Positions 28,528 to 39,077 are shown, numbered from the stretch's first letter. The stretch is DNA of 64,000 bases from an uncultured bacterium (GCA_963729625.1 CAVSOU010000011.1:576001-640000); one strand, 5' to 3'. Translations and numbers: made by a program. The notes: generated by a model from the letters alone, not told the origin.

Positions 28528-30978
28528 GTGCCTGAAACGTGTAACCGAATACATCCGGTTATCGGCATGATCAGCCCACGGCTCGGCGACGAGTTCTTTG
28601 GCAACCTGGCCTTCGGTAGCCAGCGCGTGGCGCTCGAGGCCGGTGGTCAAGTCATCGGCCTGCAGACGCCGAGCCAGTGGCAGGACACGCCCTCGTTACC
28701 CGTTGCGGGTGCCGCGGTCTCGTTCGGACATGAGCTGGTCGATGCCTTCATAGTCGTCCTGGACGCCGTCAGCGCGCATGAGCTCCAGCACCTCGGGCGT
28801 TCTAGGAAGCCCATAGTCACCGTGTGCGCCGACCATGTCGATTTGGGCATACCCGCGGTCTTCCCTGATAATCGCGCCGGCATCACCGAGATGGTTCGGC
28901 ACCTTGTGCAGCACGGGCATGTGCGTATTGGCTTCGCGGGGTGCATGAAGTTCGCGGACACGCTCGAACGGCACGCCGCATATGAAGCGGCGTTGCGCGA
29001 TGCGGGCTTGGAACCCGATCCGCGCCTCATCTTCCACGCAACCGACATGGATCAGCCAGGCGGTGAGGCGGCGGCCGCGGAGTTGTTGGCCGCCGGGATG
29101 CCGTGTACCGCTCTGTGCGTGGCAACCGACCAAAACGCCATTAGTCTCGTCGACGCTATTCGGCGCGATGGCTACGCGGTGCCGAGGGATCTCGCCGTTA
29201 CTGCGTTCGACGACCTGGACATCTGTGCCCTGGTCGCCCCGTCCCTCACCACGGTCCAGCAGGACAACGCCGAGATTGGCGCGGCGGCCGCCAGACTGGT
29301 ACTGGCCATGCTCGAGGGCGAGGCTGTGCAGGTGCGTCGCTACTATGTTCCGACCGTGCCGGTGTTTCGGCAGTCGTGTGGGTGTTGGGTCTCCAAGGGT
29401 GCAGAAGCGACCGAGCTTACCGCGACGTCGTCACCCGAATCCTGGGCCACGAATCTGGGCGACGCGATGGTCCGAGCCGCACTTCAGGGCACGTCCACCT
29501 CGTCCGATCGCGACGCTGCTCGGTTACGCGACGGCATTGACCGGTGTATTGCCGTGCTCGATGCAGTGCTTGGCGGGTCCGTGCAGCCACCGCCCGGCGC
29601 CATGGCTGGCGCGCTGCGCGCGATATGTGTGGCCGCAAACAGTGTCGAGACTGTCAACCGCGCGTTTGGAGTGTTCCAAAGGGAAGCGGCGGGTCGCGCC
29701 TCCCAGACCAAGGATGCCGTGCTGGCGAGTCGAGTGGCCGACCTGATCGACGATCTGCGCGCCGAGCTGATCTATGCGGTCCGGTTGCCATACGTCAAGA
29801 GCTTCGTCGAGGCGCAGGACAGCGCTCGCTCCAATTACCACAGCACGCTGGCGTTGCTCGAGCCGCAGTATGGCAGCCCGCGCGATCTTGCGTGGCTGTG
29901 CCAGACACCGGTGCTGGCTGGCTATCTTGGCCTCTGGAGAGACGACGTCCCGGGCTCCGCGCTGACTGTCGTCGGCGGCTATCAGCGCCGGGCGACCGCG
30001 CGGACTCAACTGGGCGAAGTGCAGCGGCCCGAGGCCTTTCCAGCCCTGGAAATGTTTGGCGTGATACCGGACGATCCGAGCACCATGATCATGGTAATTC
30101 CGGTGCACACTGCTGAGCACGATTGGGGTGCGCTCGCCGTGCTTTGCGAGATTGAGCGGCAGTCGACATTGGATGCGTCTGCCGTGAGACAGTGGTCGGT
30201 CCTGCTGGCGGCCGCCCTGGAACGCGAACGGCTGCAATCAGTGCAGGTGGCGGCGCGGGAAGCCGCGGAGCGACTAGCCCAAACGCACACCGAGTTTCTG
30301 GCCTCGATCAGCCATGAGCTGCGCACACCTCTCACGATCATGCTCGGCTATTCGGACCTCCTCCTGGCGCGCTGGGATGCTCTGGCCGAGAATACGCGCC
30401 GGGACTATGTTCGGCGAGTCGTGGCATCAGCGACGCGTCAACAGCGGCTCGTCGAGGATCTGCTGTTGGTCAGCAAGGTCGAGGCCAACGCCCTCGACGT
30501 ACGCCGCGAGCTGGTGGATATTCCCGTACTGATTGCGCAGGCTGCCGATGACCTGCAGGTAGCCTACGCCGGGCAAACAGTGACGGCTCATGGACCCGAC
30601 GATCTGCACGTCATCGGCGATTCAATGCGCCTCGGCCAAATCATCACGAACCTCCTCGACAACGCGGCCAAGTACTCCGAAGAAGGTAGCCCTGTCGAAG
30701 TCACCTGGTCTCGAGAGGGCACTATGGTCGTGGTGCGTGTACGCGATCGCGGCAGGGGCGTGCCGCAGAGTGGCCGGGAACACCTCTTCAGCCGATTTGG
30801 ACGGATGCCGGGCAGCAAGATCCGCGGTGGCAGGGTGGGAACGGGCCTCGGCCTCTTCCTTGGCCGCCAGCTCGCCGAGCTCATGGGTGGCCGGCTCGAG
30901 CTCGAGGATACCGGACCGGATGGCAGCTGTTTTCGCCTTGCCATCCCGGCGATAGAGGACTTGGCCGCACGAAGCTGA
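28528..30978 (+). CDS. Histidine kinase with N-terminal LacI-type sugar-binding domain
   Basis: DNRAGITEMVRHLVQHGHVRIGF, VPRDLAVTAFDD, PSLTTVQQ (Peripla_BP_3); H-box SHELRTPLT; N-box NLLDNAAKYS; G2 GTGLGL. Start uncertain. Confidence 0.88.
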   Translation: MPETCNRIHPVIGMISPRLGDEFFGNLAFGSQRVALEAGGQVIGLQTPSQWQDTPSLPVAGAAVSFGHELVDAFIVVLDAVSAHELQHLGRSRKPIVTVCADHVDLGIPAVFPDNRAGITEMVRHLVQHGHVRIGFAGCMKFADTLERHAAYEAALRDAGLEPDPRLIFHATDMDQPGGEAAAAELLAAGMPCTALCVATDQNAISLVDAIRRDGYAVPRDLAVTAFDDLDICALVAPSLTTVQQDNAEIGAAAARLVLAMLEGEAVQVRRYYVPTVPVFRQSCGCWVSKGAEATELTATSSPESWATNLGDAMVRAALQGTSTSSDRDAARLRDGIDRCIAVLDAVLGGSVQPPPGAMAGALRAICVAANSVETVNRAFGVFQREAAGRASQTKDAVLASRVADLIDDLRAELIYAVRLPYVKSFVEAQDSARSNYHSTLALLEPQYGSPRDLAWLCQTPVLAGYLGLWRDDVPGSALTVVGGYQRRATARTQLGEVQRPEAFPALEMFGVIPDDPSTMIMVIPVHTAEHDWGALAVLCEIERQSTLDASAVRQWSVLLAAALERERLQSVQVAAREAAERLAQTHTEFLASISHELRTPLTIMLGYSDLLLARWDALAENTRRDYVRRVVASATRQQRLVEDLLLVSKVEANALDVRRELVDIPVLIAQAADDLQVAYAGQTVTAHGPDDLHVIGDSMRLGQIITNLLDNAAKYSEEGSPVEVTWSREGTMVVVRVRDRGRGVPQSGREHLFSRFGRMPGSKIRGGRVGTGLGLFLGRQLAELMGGRLELEDTGPDGSCFRLAIPAIEDLAARS

Positions 30979-31176
30979 CCGCGTCAGCCCGCAAGCGCGG
31001 TACAGCCCAGCCCCTCCCGCTCACGCCGGCTGTCCGCGATCATCGGCAATCCGCCCGCCGACGCGTGGGTGCGTGCCCATGTCCACGCTACGCGCCGCGA
31101 CCCACGCAAGTGCCCCCCGGACAAGGAGGGCACATGCTGAGTCTTGGTGTTGACCGGAAGCGACAGCATCGTCGAC

Positions 31177-32904
31177 CTACTGAGCGATTACCCCAAAGCG
31201 AAGCGAAACCGGGCCAGCATGAAGCGTGCCCTTTACCCCTGTGGCGGAGACGTACGCTACCGTCGAGGGCTGCCCGTGTCTCGCGCTCAGAGGTGGGCGG
31301 TACGCCACGTTGAATAGGAAGTGTGCCAGTCCCTGGGAGTCCGTTGTACCGGTGAAGGTCAGGGTCGTGCCGCCGGGATATCTCACCGTGAAGGCAAGCG
31401 CAGCACCGGGCAGCCAGCCAACTGACACAAGCATGCAGCCCGGCAGCCTGCCTTTCAGGTTCTTGACAGCGCCGCATGAGCTCATCCTGCCGCCTACCAC
31501 GGTCAGGGGCTGATTCTGCATGATCAGCACGGGCGCCCTAGGTGCGAGTTCCGTGCCGCGCGTGGGGAGAGGAGGTATGCCGATAAACTGCCACGCCGCA
31601 TGAGTTCCCACTCCGGAGACCTTGTAGATAGAAAAGGTATGGCTGGTCGGGTCGCCGTTAGCGTCAAAGGTGATTGACCCGGCGGCGCCACCCGACGCGG
31701 CCTTGAAATCCTTTGTCACGCCGACAAACCTGGCGATGGCGCTGCGCGTGTTCATCGTCATGGGATCGCCCACGGTCACGAAGTGCGTGGTTACTGCTTC
31801 GGCATACGAAGCAAGCAAGATGTTGGCTGCGTCGTAGGCTTCGACGTCGAACGGTCCGATCTGCGAGCCGGGGAACTGCTGCAGCTCCGAAGCGCGAAAA
31901 CTCGCCGCCCCACTGAACGATATAGGGTCGGGGCCGAGATTACTGGCGTAAGCACCCTGCACGCCGCCGTTCACACTGCTTGTAATGAATCCGGACTCAT
32001 CGATACCATCACCGCCCATGAACATGGCGTTCACGCCGGCGGCCTTGAGGGCGTCGGCAAGGACCGTCCCACCGCCGGTTGACGCTGCCCATTCGCCGCC
32101 AAAGAACACCAGATCCACTTTGCCGCCGGCAGCATGGGCGATGCTCCGGGCGATTGCGTCCGTGTTCAGCTTGGGCTTCCGCAGATCGAGCTGAGCATAG
32201 CCCGCGACGGTGGCGCCCAATCTGAGGGCTTCCGACCTGAACGCCTGCGCGAGTCCTACGCCGTAGGCGCCGGTGTTGTCAACAATAAAGATTCGTGCAG
32301 CATGCAGGACATGGACCGCATAGTACGCGTCGGTAGGTCCCTGAAACGCGTCGGTGGGCACCGTGCGGAAGAACGTCAGCGGCCCCAGCCCGGCGGCAGT
32401 CCGCGGCTCGTACGTGGCACGCAAGCTGGGATCCGTCAGCTTTGGGCTCGAACAGGAGGGCGTGATTTGGGTTAGGCCGGCGGCATTGTCAACCGGTTCC
32501 GAGGCCATCGCGGCACTGCTGTTGGCGGGACCGACCTCACCGATCACCGTGGGATCGGCGATAAATGCCTTCGCGATCGCCACGTCCTGCGCTGGGCTAT
32601 ACGCGCCGCCCACAGCGTCGTCCTTTACGAGCACTCTGAAGGCCACGCCGCCAACGATACCGGCCTGGTTGGCCTGCGCAACAGCCACTTCCACACCATG
32701 GACGATGCCGACGGATATTCCTTTCAATTCGCCCATGGGCACGCTGACGCCGATCGTGGCTACTGCACCGGTGTGTGCGGTGCCCGCGTAGGCGGAGCGC
32801 GGCACGACAGTGCCGGCACTGGCGATCAGGAGGGCTGTGAACGCAAGACACGATAGCACTGCAGCAAACTCGGAATGCCTATGATTTGAATGTGTCGAAT
32901 ACAT
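31177..32904 (-). CDS. Branched-chain amino acid ABC substrate-binding protein (LivJ/K-like) with extra C-terminal domain
   Basis: Signal peptide, VGPANSS, FFRTVPTDAFQG, YGVGLA, FMGGDG, YDAANILL, ITFDANGD; about 120-aa extension; no permeases nearby. Confidence 0.8.
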   Translation of the reverse strand: MYSTHSNHRHSEFAAVLSCLAFTALLIASAGTVVPRSAYAGTAHTGAVATIGVSVPMGELKGISVGIVHGVEVAVAQANQAGIVGGVAFRVLVKDDAVGGAYSPAQDVAIAKAFIADPTVIGEVGPANSSAAMASEPVDNAAGLTQITPSCSSPKLTDPSLRATYEPRTAAGLGPLTFFRTVPTDAFQGPTDAYYAVHVLHAARIFIVDNTGAYGVGLAQAFRSEALRLGATVAGYAQLDLRKPKLNTDAIARSIAHAAGGKVDLVFFGGEWAASTGGGTVLADALKAAGVNAMFMGGDGIDESGFITSSVNGGVQGAYASNLGPDPISFSGAASFRASELQQFPGSQIGPFDVEAYDAANILLASYAEAVTTHFVTVGDPMTMNTRSAIARFVGVTKDFKAASGGAAGSITFDANGDPTSHTFSIYKVSGVGTHAAWQFIGIPPLPTRGTELAPRAPVLIMQNQPLTVVGGRMSSCGAVKNLKGRLPGCMLVSVGWLPGAALAFTVRYPGGTTLTFTGTTDSQGLAHFLFNVAYRPPLSARHGQPSTVAYVSATGVKGTLHAGPVSLRFGVIAQ

Positions 32905-32971
32905 TGCCCTGCCTTTCGTACCAGTTTGGCCGATGACGTGTGGTCTTGCCGACTCGTGCTTCCAGGTTCAG

Positions 32972-33817
32972 TCAGCGCCCCGGCTTTCCCCCTTTCCTGG
33001 CATGGAGCTCCTCGGCCACTCGGGCTTGCACCTTGGCTTGCTCGACGTGCCCGGCTTCGAGATAGGCGATGCTCAGGTCACGGCGCAGCCTTGAGTTCTC
33101 GGGGTCCTCCCCAACTTGGGATTCGAGCAACCCAAGATGGCCGGCGTTGCCTACAGAATCGCGATGCCGACGGGACGACAGGGTGCGAATAGTGAGCCAG
33201 GCAAGCAGGACGACGAGTAGAACCGCGCAGGCCAGTGCCAGGGCAAGCACGCTCAGGCCCGTCCCGGAAGCACCCTTGCCCTGCGGCGCGCTCGCGGCTT
33301 GATTCAGCTGAATGAGCTGGTTGAGACTGGTCATCAGTGTGGTGGTCGCCGTGATCTCCTGTCCGTGGGACAAGCTACTCGCGGCCAGAGAGTTGACGAG
33401 CCCTAGCGCGCCGACCCTGGCATCCAGGTCTATCCAGTCCTGCAGCTTTTGCAGCGTGCGATCGGCGAGGGTGGTCTCGGTCGCTTCGGCCCCAGGAAGG
33501 TGTTGGTAGGCCTCGAACTCCCTCAGAGCATCGGCACGGGCGGATGCCGCCTGGCGAAGCAGGGCGTTGCTCGTCGTCAGAGTGTCCGATGTGGCGACGC
33601 CACGGGACTCACCGACTGCCGCGTTGACGCGACCTTCAACCTGGGAGAGATACGCGATGCTGGTGCTTGATCGACTACCCTCTGGCGGACTCTGACCGGC
33701 GCTCCGCGCAACCGGAATGGCGCTACCCATCACGGGGAGGAGCACCACTACCAGGGCGAACGGCACTTTTCTCAGCCCAATGTATGCCAGTCGCGACACA
33801 AACCTATCGCCTGCCAT
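32972..33817 (-). CDS. Hypothetical membrane protein with C-terminal TPR-like helix pair
   Basis: RBS GAGGAGG; two hydrophobic segments; DPENSRLRRDLSIAYLEAGHVEQA. Confidence 0.6.
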   Translation of the reverse strand: MAGDRFVSRLAYIGLRKVPFALVVVLLPVMGSAIPVARSAGQSPPEGSRSSTSIAYLSQVEGRVNAAVGESRGVATSDTLTTSNALLRQAASARADALREFEAYQHLPGAEATETTLADRTLQKLQDWIDLDARVGALGLVNSLAASSLSHGQEITATTTLMTSLNQLIQLNQAASAPQGKGASGTGLSVLALALACAVLLVVLLAWLTIRTLSSRRHRDSVGNAGHLGLLESQVGEDPENSRLRRDLSIAYLEAGHVEQAKVQARVAEELHARKGGKPGR

Positions 33818-34615
33818 GCTCCCCTCCTCGTGCGAGCCGCGGATCGTGACCACATTGTGCGTTCAACCCGTCGACCCGCGCCTTCACTGGGTGCGTGTCG
33901 CCGTTGGCACGCTAGCTACGGAGTCACGACCAACGAGGCTGGACCGGCCAGCGGGCATTGGTCATTGGCTGGCTGTGCTTCCCTTTTTGCCCCACCATAT
34001 TACAACACGGTCGGTTCGCTTCGAGATAGCCGAATGGAGGGATAATGAGCACACTTTTGGCTAAAGGCATGACCGTGGAGGCCACACGGCGCTCAGCCTC
34101 ACTGACTGCGCTGGACCTGTCGAGCGGTATTCCGCGCCAGCGGTCAAGTCAGGTCATCACAAGGACATCGACCGGAATCCACTGCGGATCGAACTTCCAC
34201 AGGAATTGACACGCAGCCGGTCGCACACTGGCAAGGACCGGCACATTTTCGCGCCGGCGATGTCCACAACACAGCCGCCTGCCTCCAGGCGCTGGCGTAC
34301 CATGCAGGCAACTACGAACCGCAAGCAACGACTTCGGGAGGCTTCCTCATGATCGAACATCGGCAACGGCCGACTGGCTATCGCCCCCACGCTGTGCGGA
34401 TACCGGAACAGACAGAGCTGTATGCGCGTCCCATGGCCGTGCGGGTCGGGACTCCGCTCGCCGGACCAAGTTCACGTCGGGACTGGCGGTCATCCGAGGT
34501 GCGCGGATTTCGAATGGTGCTTTGGCGCGCCGTGCTGAGCATGGTGCACACTATGTGGGCAGATTAGGGGCAGCTTTCCGCCCCAGCGCGTAACCTGCAG
34601 CGCCGATCAGCCACA

Positions 34616-34655
34616 TGTCATCGATTTGTCATGGCTGCCGTCATCGATTTGTCAT
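34616..34655 (+). promoter_or_regulatory. Direct-repeat array resembling OmpR/PhoB-family binding boxes
   Basis: (T/C)GTCAT at 34616, 34627, 34639 and 34650 (11/12/11 spacing; GTCATCGATTTGTCAT twice), followed by TACGGT. Confidence 0.55.
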
Positions 34656-35032
34656 TGCCGGGCTGTACGGTTGAAAGACGGGTGGCTCCGCCGCCCCGCC
34701 AGCACCATGATGGAGCAGATCTCCGCGGACTGCGCAGGCGGCGCACGACGACGACGACGTCGTCAAGGCGCCGATACGCTCGGCCTGTGATCATCGGACC
34801 ACGTGGTGGATCGTGAGGACGCCGCACTGCTGGCCGGCAATGCGGCGTCCCCTGCCATATCGCACGCATACCCAGGGTTGCAAGATCCTCACGTCGTAGG
34901 ACGGCATGGCCGTTTTTCATGGGCGGCGAACGAAGTGCCATGAACAGCGCTATGAGCCGGACGTTGGCGCCTTCTGCCAGATTGTCATGCTGTTTCCCGG
35001 TGTCGAACCCGAACATGGTGGAGTGACTAACA

Positions 35033-36418
35033 ATGAGCGTCGAACTCGCACAGGATTGGCGGGATACCGTGCTTCTCAGTGCGCGCCGGCGGCGCCCAGG
35101 GTTTCAGACAGCGTCGGCATGGGCGTTCACGGCAATCGTCGTGGCCAACGCGCTGGCGATCGTCGGCCTGTGGGTTTACGGCAAGAATATCTCGGGCGTG
35201 CACGGCTGGGGCGATCTTTGGACCAGTATCGGGCGGCTGACCGGGCTGCTCAGTGCCTACCTGGCCCTGATCCAGGTGCTGTTATTGGCCCGGCTGCCCT
35301 GGATTGAGCGCGTCCTGGGCTTCGACCGGCTGACCGTCTGGCATCGGCTCAACGGCAAGATCTGCCTGTATCTGGTACTTGCACATGTGGCGTTCATCAC
35401 CGTTGGCTATGCGTCCATGGACAAAGTCGTGGTCCCGACGGAAGTCTCGCGGCTTGTCCTCGACTATCCTGGCATGGTCGCGGCCACGATCGGCACGCTG
35501 GTGATGATCGGCACGGTGGTCACCTCACTGGTCGTCGTCCGCCGCCACTTCCGCTACGAGGCATGGTATGCCGTACACCTGCTGGTGTATTTGGGCATCG
35601 CCCTGGCCTGGTTCCACCAGATCCCGACCGGGAATGAGCTGACAGCAGACCCAACTGCCGCAAGCTACTGGACCTCACTCTATGTGGCTACGGCAGTGCT
35701 GCTTCTGTGGTTCCGGTTCCTGCTGCCGATCATCCAGGCGATGCGGTACCAGATGCGCGTGGAGGCGGTGACGGTCGATGGTCCGGGTGTCGTGTCGCTG
35801 CGTGTCACGGGTCGGCACCTGGAGCGGCTTCACGCGCGCGCGGGCCAATTCTTGCTCTGGCGCTTTCTCAGCCGGGACCGCTGGTGGGAGTCCCACCCCT
35901 TCTCGCTCTCAGAGGCCCCAGGCAGGCGATCGCTGCGCATCACCGTCAAAGCGTCGGGCAACTTCACCGCGCGCATGGGCGAGATCCGACCCGGCACGCG
36001 CGTTGTGACCGAGGGACCCTTCGGCGTCTTCACCGACGCGGCGCGGCGTCATGAACGAGTGCTGTTCATCGCGGGTGGCATCGGCATCACCCCGATCCGC
36101 TCCATGCTGGAGGAGATGCCTGGTGACCTCACCCTTGTCTATCGCGCGATCGCGGCCGACGATGTGGTGTTCCGGGCGGAACTTGAACGGTTGGCGCGCG
36201 ATCGCGGCTTCACGCTCTGTTTCGTGCTCGGAGACCACGCCCGGCCAGAAAACAAAGATCTGCTGTCTGCCGCGCACCTGCACCGATTGGTGCCCGACAT
36301 CGTCGAACGCGATGTCTATCTCTGTGGTCCGCCGCCTATGATGCGTCTCGTCGAGCGCAACCTGCGCAGCGCAAACGTGCCGCGCAACCACATCCACACC
36401 GAACGCTTCGCGCTCTAG
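35033..36418 (+). CDS. Ferric reductase-like TM domain + FAD/NAD-binding oxidoreductase
   Basis: Heme His pairs (WHRLNG..LAHV; AVHLLVY..WFHQ), HPFSLS, EGPFG, AGGIGITP, YLCGPP, ERF. Confidence 0.92.
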   Translation: MSVELAQDWRDTVLLSARRRRPGFQTASAWAFTAIVVANALAIVGLWVYGKNISGVHGWGDLWTSIGRLTGLLSAYLALIQVLLLARLPWIERVLGFDRLTVWHRLNGKICLYLVLAHVAFITVGYASMDKVVVPTEVSRLVLDYPGMVAATIGTLVMIGTVVTSLVVVRRHFRYEAWYAVHLLVYLGIALAWFHQIPTGNELTADPTAASYWTSLYVATAVLLLWFRFLLPIIQAMRYQMRVEAVTVDGPGVVSLRVTGRHLERLHARAGQFLLWRFLSRDRWWESHPFSLSEAPGRRSLRITVKASGNFTARMGEIRPGTRVVTEGPFGVFTDAARRHERVLFIAGGIGITPIRSMLEEMPGDLTLVYRAIAADDVVFRAELERLARDRGFTLCFVLGDHARPENKDLLSAAHLHRLVPDIVERDVYLCGPPPMMRLVERNLRSANVPRNHIHTERFAL

Positions 36419-36460
36419 CAGTCGCCGAAGCACAGAGCCAACCAGACGGAGAAGAAGACC

Positions 36461-36922
36461 ATGCAGAACAAGATCCGCACCGCACTGTATGCCACGGCCA
36501 TCGTCGCCCTTCCGGCAGGCGTCGCCGTTGCCTGGCAAGGGCCCGCCCACGGCTACATCGCTGGCGCGGCGAGCAAGCCCAAGGTCACGGCCACGCGGAC
36601 GCCCGTGGCAAAGACGACGGCGAAACCGGTTGCCGCGCACAAGTACGTGGGACCCAGCGTGAACATGCAGTGGGGGCCGGTGCAGGTGACCCTGGTGGTG
36701 AAGGGCAAGACGATCACCGACCTCTCGGCCACGGCTCCTACGGAGCGAGCGCGTTCCGCCTTCATCAACAACCAGGCGATCCCGATGCTGCGCCAGGAAG
36801 TGCTGCAAGCCAAGACTGCGGCCAAAATCAAGAACATCTATGGCATCTCGGGTGCCACCATGACCAGCCAGGCGTTCTATCAGTCGCTGCTCTCCGCGCT
36901 GACGGCCGCGCACCTGGCCTGA
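36461..36922 (+). CDS. Exported FMN-binding domain protein
   Basis: Signal peptide, WGPVQV, flavinylation motif ISGATMTS ([ST]GA[ST]). Confidence 0.88.
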   Translation: MQNKIRTALYATAIVALPAGVAVAWQGPAHGYIAGAASKPKVTATRTPVAKTTAKPVAAHKYVGPSVNMQWGPVQVTLVVKGKTITDLSATAPTERARSAFINNQAIPMLRQEVLQAKTAAKIKNIYGISGATMTSQAFYQSLLSALTAAHLA

Positions 36923-37083
36923 CGGAATACCAGCAGCCAGCGCACGGGTTCGCCACACGCGTGCTGCTGCGGACCCGCGCGAGGCCCGCGGGCGTACCTC
37001 ACAGGACACATGTCGGCTGTCGCGCCTGCAGTGTTTGACCGGCCCATCGAAGCATCACCGTTCCTGAGAGGAATCCAGACAGC

Positions 37084-37830
37084 ATGAACACGATGACCAG
37101 AGAGCCCCAGAACGTACCCGGAAGGCCCTGTCGGCGTGCAGCGCGGCGGCGAACGCTGACTCTCGTCGGGATAGCGACGATTGGCTGCCTGCTCGGTGCT
37201 CCGCCGGCATGGGCGGCAGGCATTACCAGTCCGCCTGCCTCCTCTGGCCGTTTGTTGGCAGTCGGCCAAAGTACGCTGACCGTTCAGACGCGGGGTGGCC
37301 AGGGCACAATTACCACGTCGTCGAGCACGCGTTACTACCAAGCCCTGCCGACGACTCTCCGCGCATTCAGTAGCGGCCAGACGGTAGCGATCGTCACGTC
37401 GCGCGCGTCGACGGCTGCGGTCAGTGTGACCATTGCTGCCACAGGCACGGCCGTGTTTGTCCGCCCGTCCGGGCGCATCGGTGGCAGCCAACGTGGAGGC
37501 GGCGATGACGCCGGCACGGGCGATGGCGGTGAAGGACGCGGCATCGGGCAGGGCCTGACGGGCAGAATTGCCACGGTTGCATCCGGCGCGTTCACCATCG
37601 TGCTGAGCGGCGGCGCCAAGCAGACGGTCATGCTCTCCACGTCTACCAAGCTGTACCGTGTCGCGTCCATTACCCGCGCGCAACTGCGAACCGGCTCGTA
37701 TGTGACCGCGCGCGTTGGGTTGGGAGTGGGTGCTCCGGCCGGCATGGTCGTCGCGGCCGCCCCCGGGGCCACGGTCTCCTTTGCTGGCGCCGTGCTCGGC
37801 GCGAACCTTGGCGCGGGAGCGACCGGTTGA
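37084..37830 (+). CDS. Secreted protein with two DUF5666-like beta repeats
   Basis: Signal peptide; repeats GRLLAVGQSTLTV..TSSSTRY and GRIATVASGAFTI..STSTKLY separated by a Gly-rich linker. Confidence 0.55.
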   Translation: MNTMTREPQNVPGRPCRRAARRRTLTLVGIATIGCLLGAPPAWAAGITSPPASSGRLLAVGQSTLTVQTRGGQGTITTSSSTRYYQALPTTLRAFSSGQTVAIVTSRASTAAVSVTIAATGTAVFVRPSGRIGGSQRGGGDDAGTGDGGEGRGIGQGLTGRIATVASGAFTIVLSGGAKQTVMLSTSTKLYRVASITRAQLRTGSYVTARVGLGVGAPAGMVVAAAPGATVSFAGAVLGANLGAGATG

Positions 37831-38057
37831 GCAGGTGGAGCGGACCCCGTCTGGCCAGGATCCATGTAGAAATCACTGCGCCTTGTCCACGACAATCCAA
37901 GGATTCACCTGCCTCCTGCAGGTGTCGCAGTCCTGACGGCCCAGCGCATGCCGAACTGCTTAACAGATGTGTGCCTTGGGGCAAGCGGCCACCCTGGCTC
38001 ATGGTGTACGCTAGGCCGGTAAGGTTCGAGTTGTGACCTAGGAAGGAGCCCAGACCG

Positions 38058-38585
38058 ATGCCTGATGGTGCGCCGCCTGAGGAGACAAACTCCAGCGAAG
38101 GCAACTCTGGAGGTAGCGGTGTAGCCTGGTACACGCCATGGTTGCGTCCCAAGAGCGTGCTACTCGTCCTGCTCGGGCTGTTTGTGCTCGCACAGCTCGT
38201 GCCGGTCTGGCTCCTGCAGACTAATCCTCCTGTGTCGGGTCAGCCAGCGTGGGACAGCGCGCGCACTGCCACGCTGGTGCGGGACGCCTGCTACGACTGC
38301 CACAGCAATGCCACGACCTGGCCTTGGTACAGCCACGTCGCACCGGTCTCCTGGCTGGTCACCTATGACGTCGTCAGGGGCAGGAATCGCCTGAACTTTA
38401 CCGAATGGAAAGCCGGCGTTGGCTTTGGTGGCAGGTCGCCGGCCCGACAGGCGAGCAGAGCGGCGGAGGCGGTGACGCGGGGCAATATGCCGCCCAGCTA
38501 CTACGTGCTTATGCATCCCAAGGCGTCACTGAGCACCGCTGAGCGACAGGAACTGGCGGCCGGACTGCTCAAGTCGCTGCACTAG
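38058..38585 (+). CDS. Membrane-anchored c-type heme-binding protein (Haem_bd family)
   Basis: TM helix, TNPP, ACYDCHSNATTWPWYS, RLNFTEW, MPPSYYVLMHP. Confidence 0.88.
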   Translation: MPDGAPPEETNSSEGNSGGSGVAWYTPWLRPKSVLLVLLGLFVLAQLVPVWLLQTNPPVSGQPAWDSARTATLVRDACYDCHSNATTWPWYSHVAPVSWLVTYDVVRGRNRLNFTEWKAGVGFGGRSPARQASRAAEAVTRGNMPPSYYVLMHPKASLSTAERQELAAGLLKSLH

Positions 38586-38629
38586 CGTCACGAGCGGCGC
38601 ATGCCCAACATTGCCGTCAGTGGCGAGGT

Positions 38630-39075
38630 GCGACCGTGTGAGCGCGAACGCCAGGCAGACCAGCGCCCTGGCCCGTACCGTGGTGCGCGCTGCCGCCGCC
38701 GGTTGGGCCAGCAAGTCGGCCAGCCACTGCCGCCCTTCGCCCAGGTACGCACGCTGATGCCAGTACCACATGAGCGCCCCCGCCAGCCGCAACCCCTCCT
38801 GCGCGTCCCCCACATCGAGCGCCCAGCGCAACCCCTGGCGGATATTGGTGCTCTCGGCGTCCAGTCGGTCGAGCCAGGCCGCCTGCTGCGGGCCGAGCAA
38901 GGCCGGCTCCGCCTCCTCCGCCATCGCGCGATAGTAGCCGGCGTTCCGCAGATACAGCTCCTCAGCCTCGCCTCCGGCCAGGAGCCGTTCGCGCCCATAC
39001 TGGCGCAGCATCTCCAGCAGTCTGTAGCGCGTGAGCGTCCCCTCGTGCTCCTCAACCGCTACCAGCGACCGCTCC
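38630..39075 (-). pseudogene. Internal fragment of NB-ARC/TPR (LuxR-type) regulator
   Basis: RSLV...[16 protein letters not shown]...[20 protein letters not shown]...[12 protein letters not shown]; both ends missing. Confidence 0.8.
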
Positions 39076-39077
39076 AC

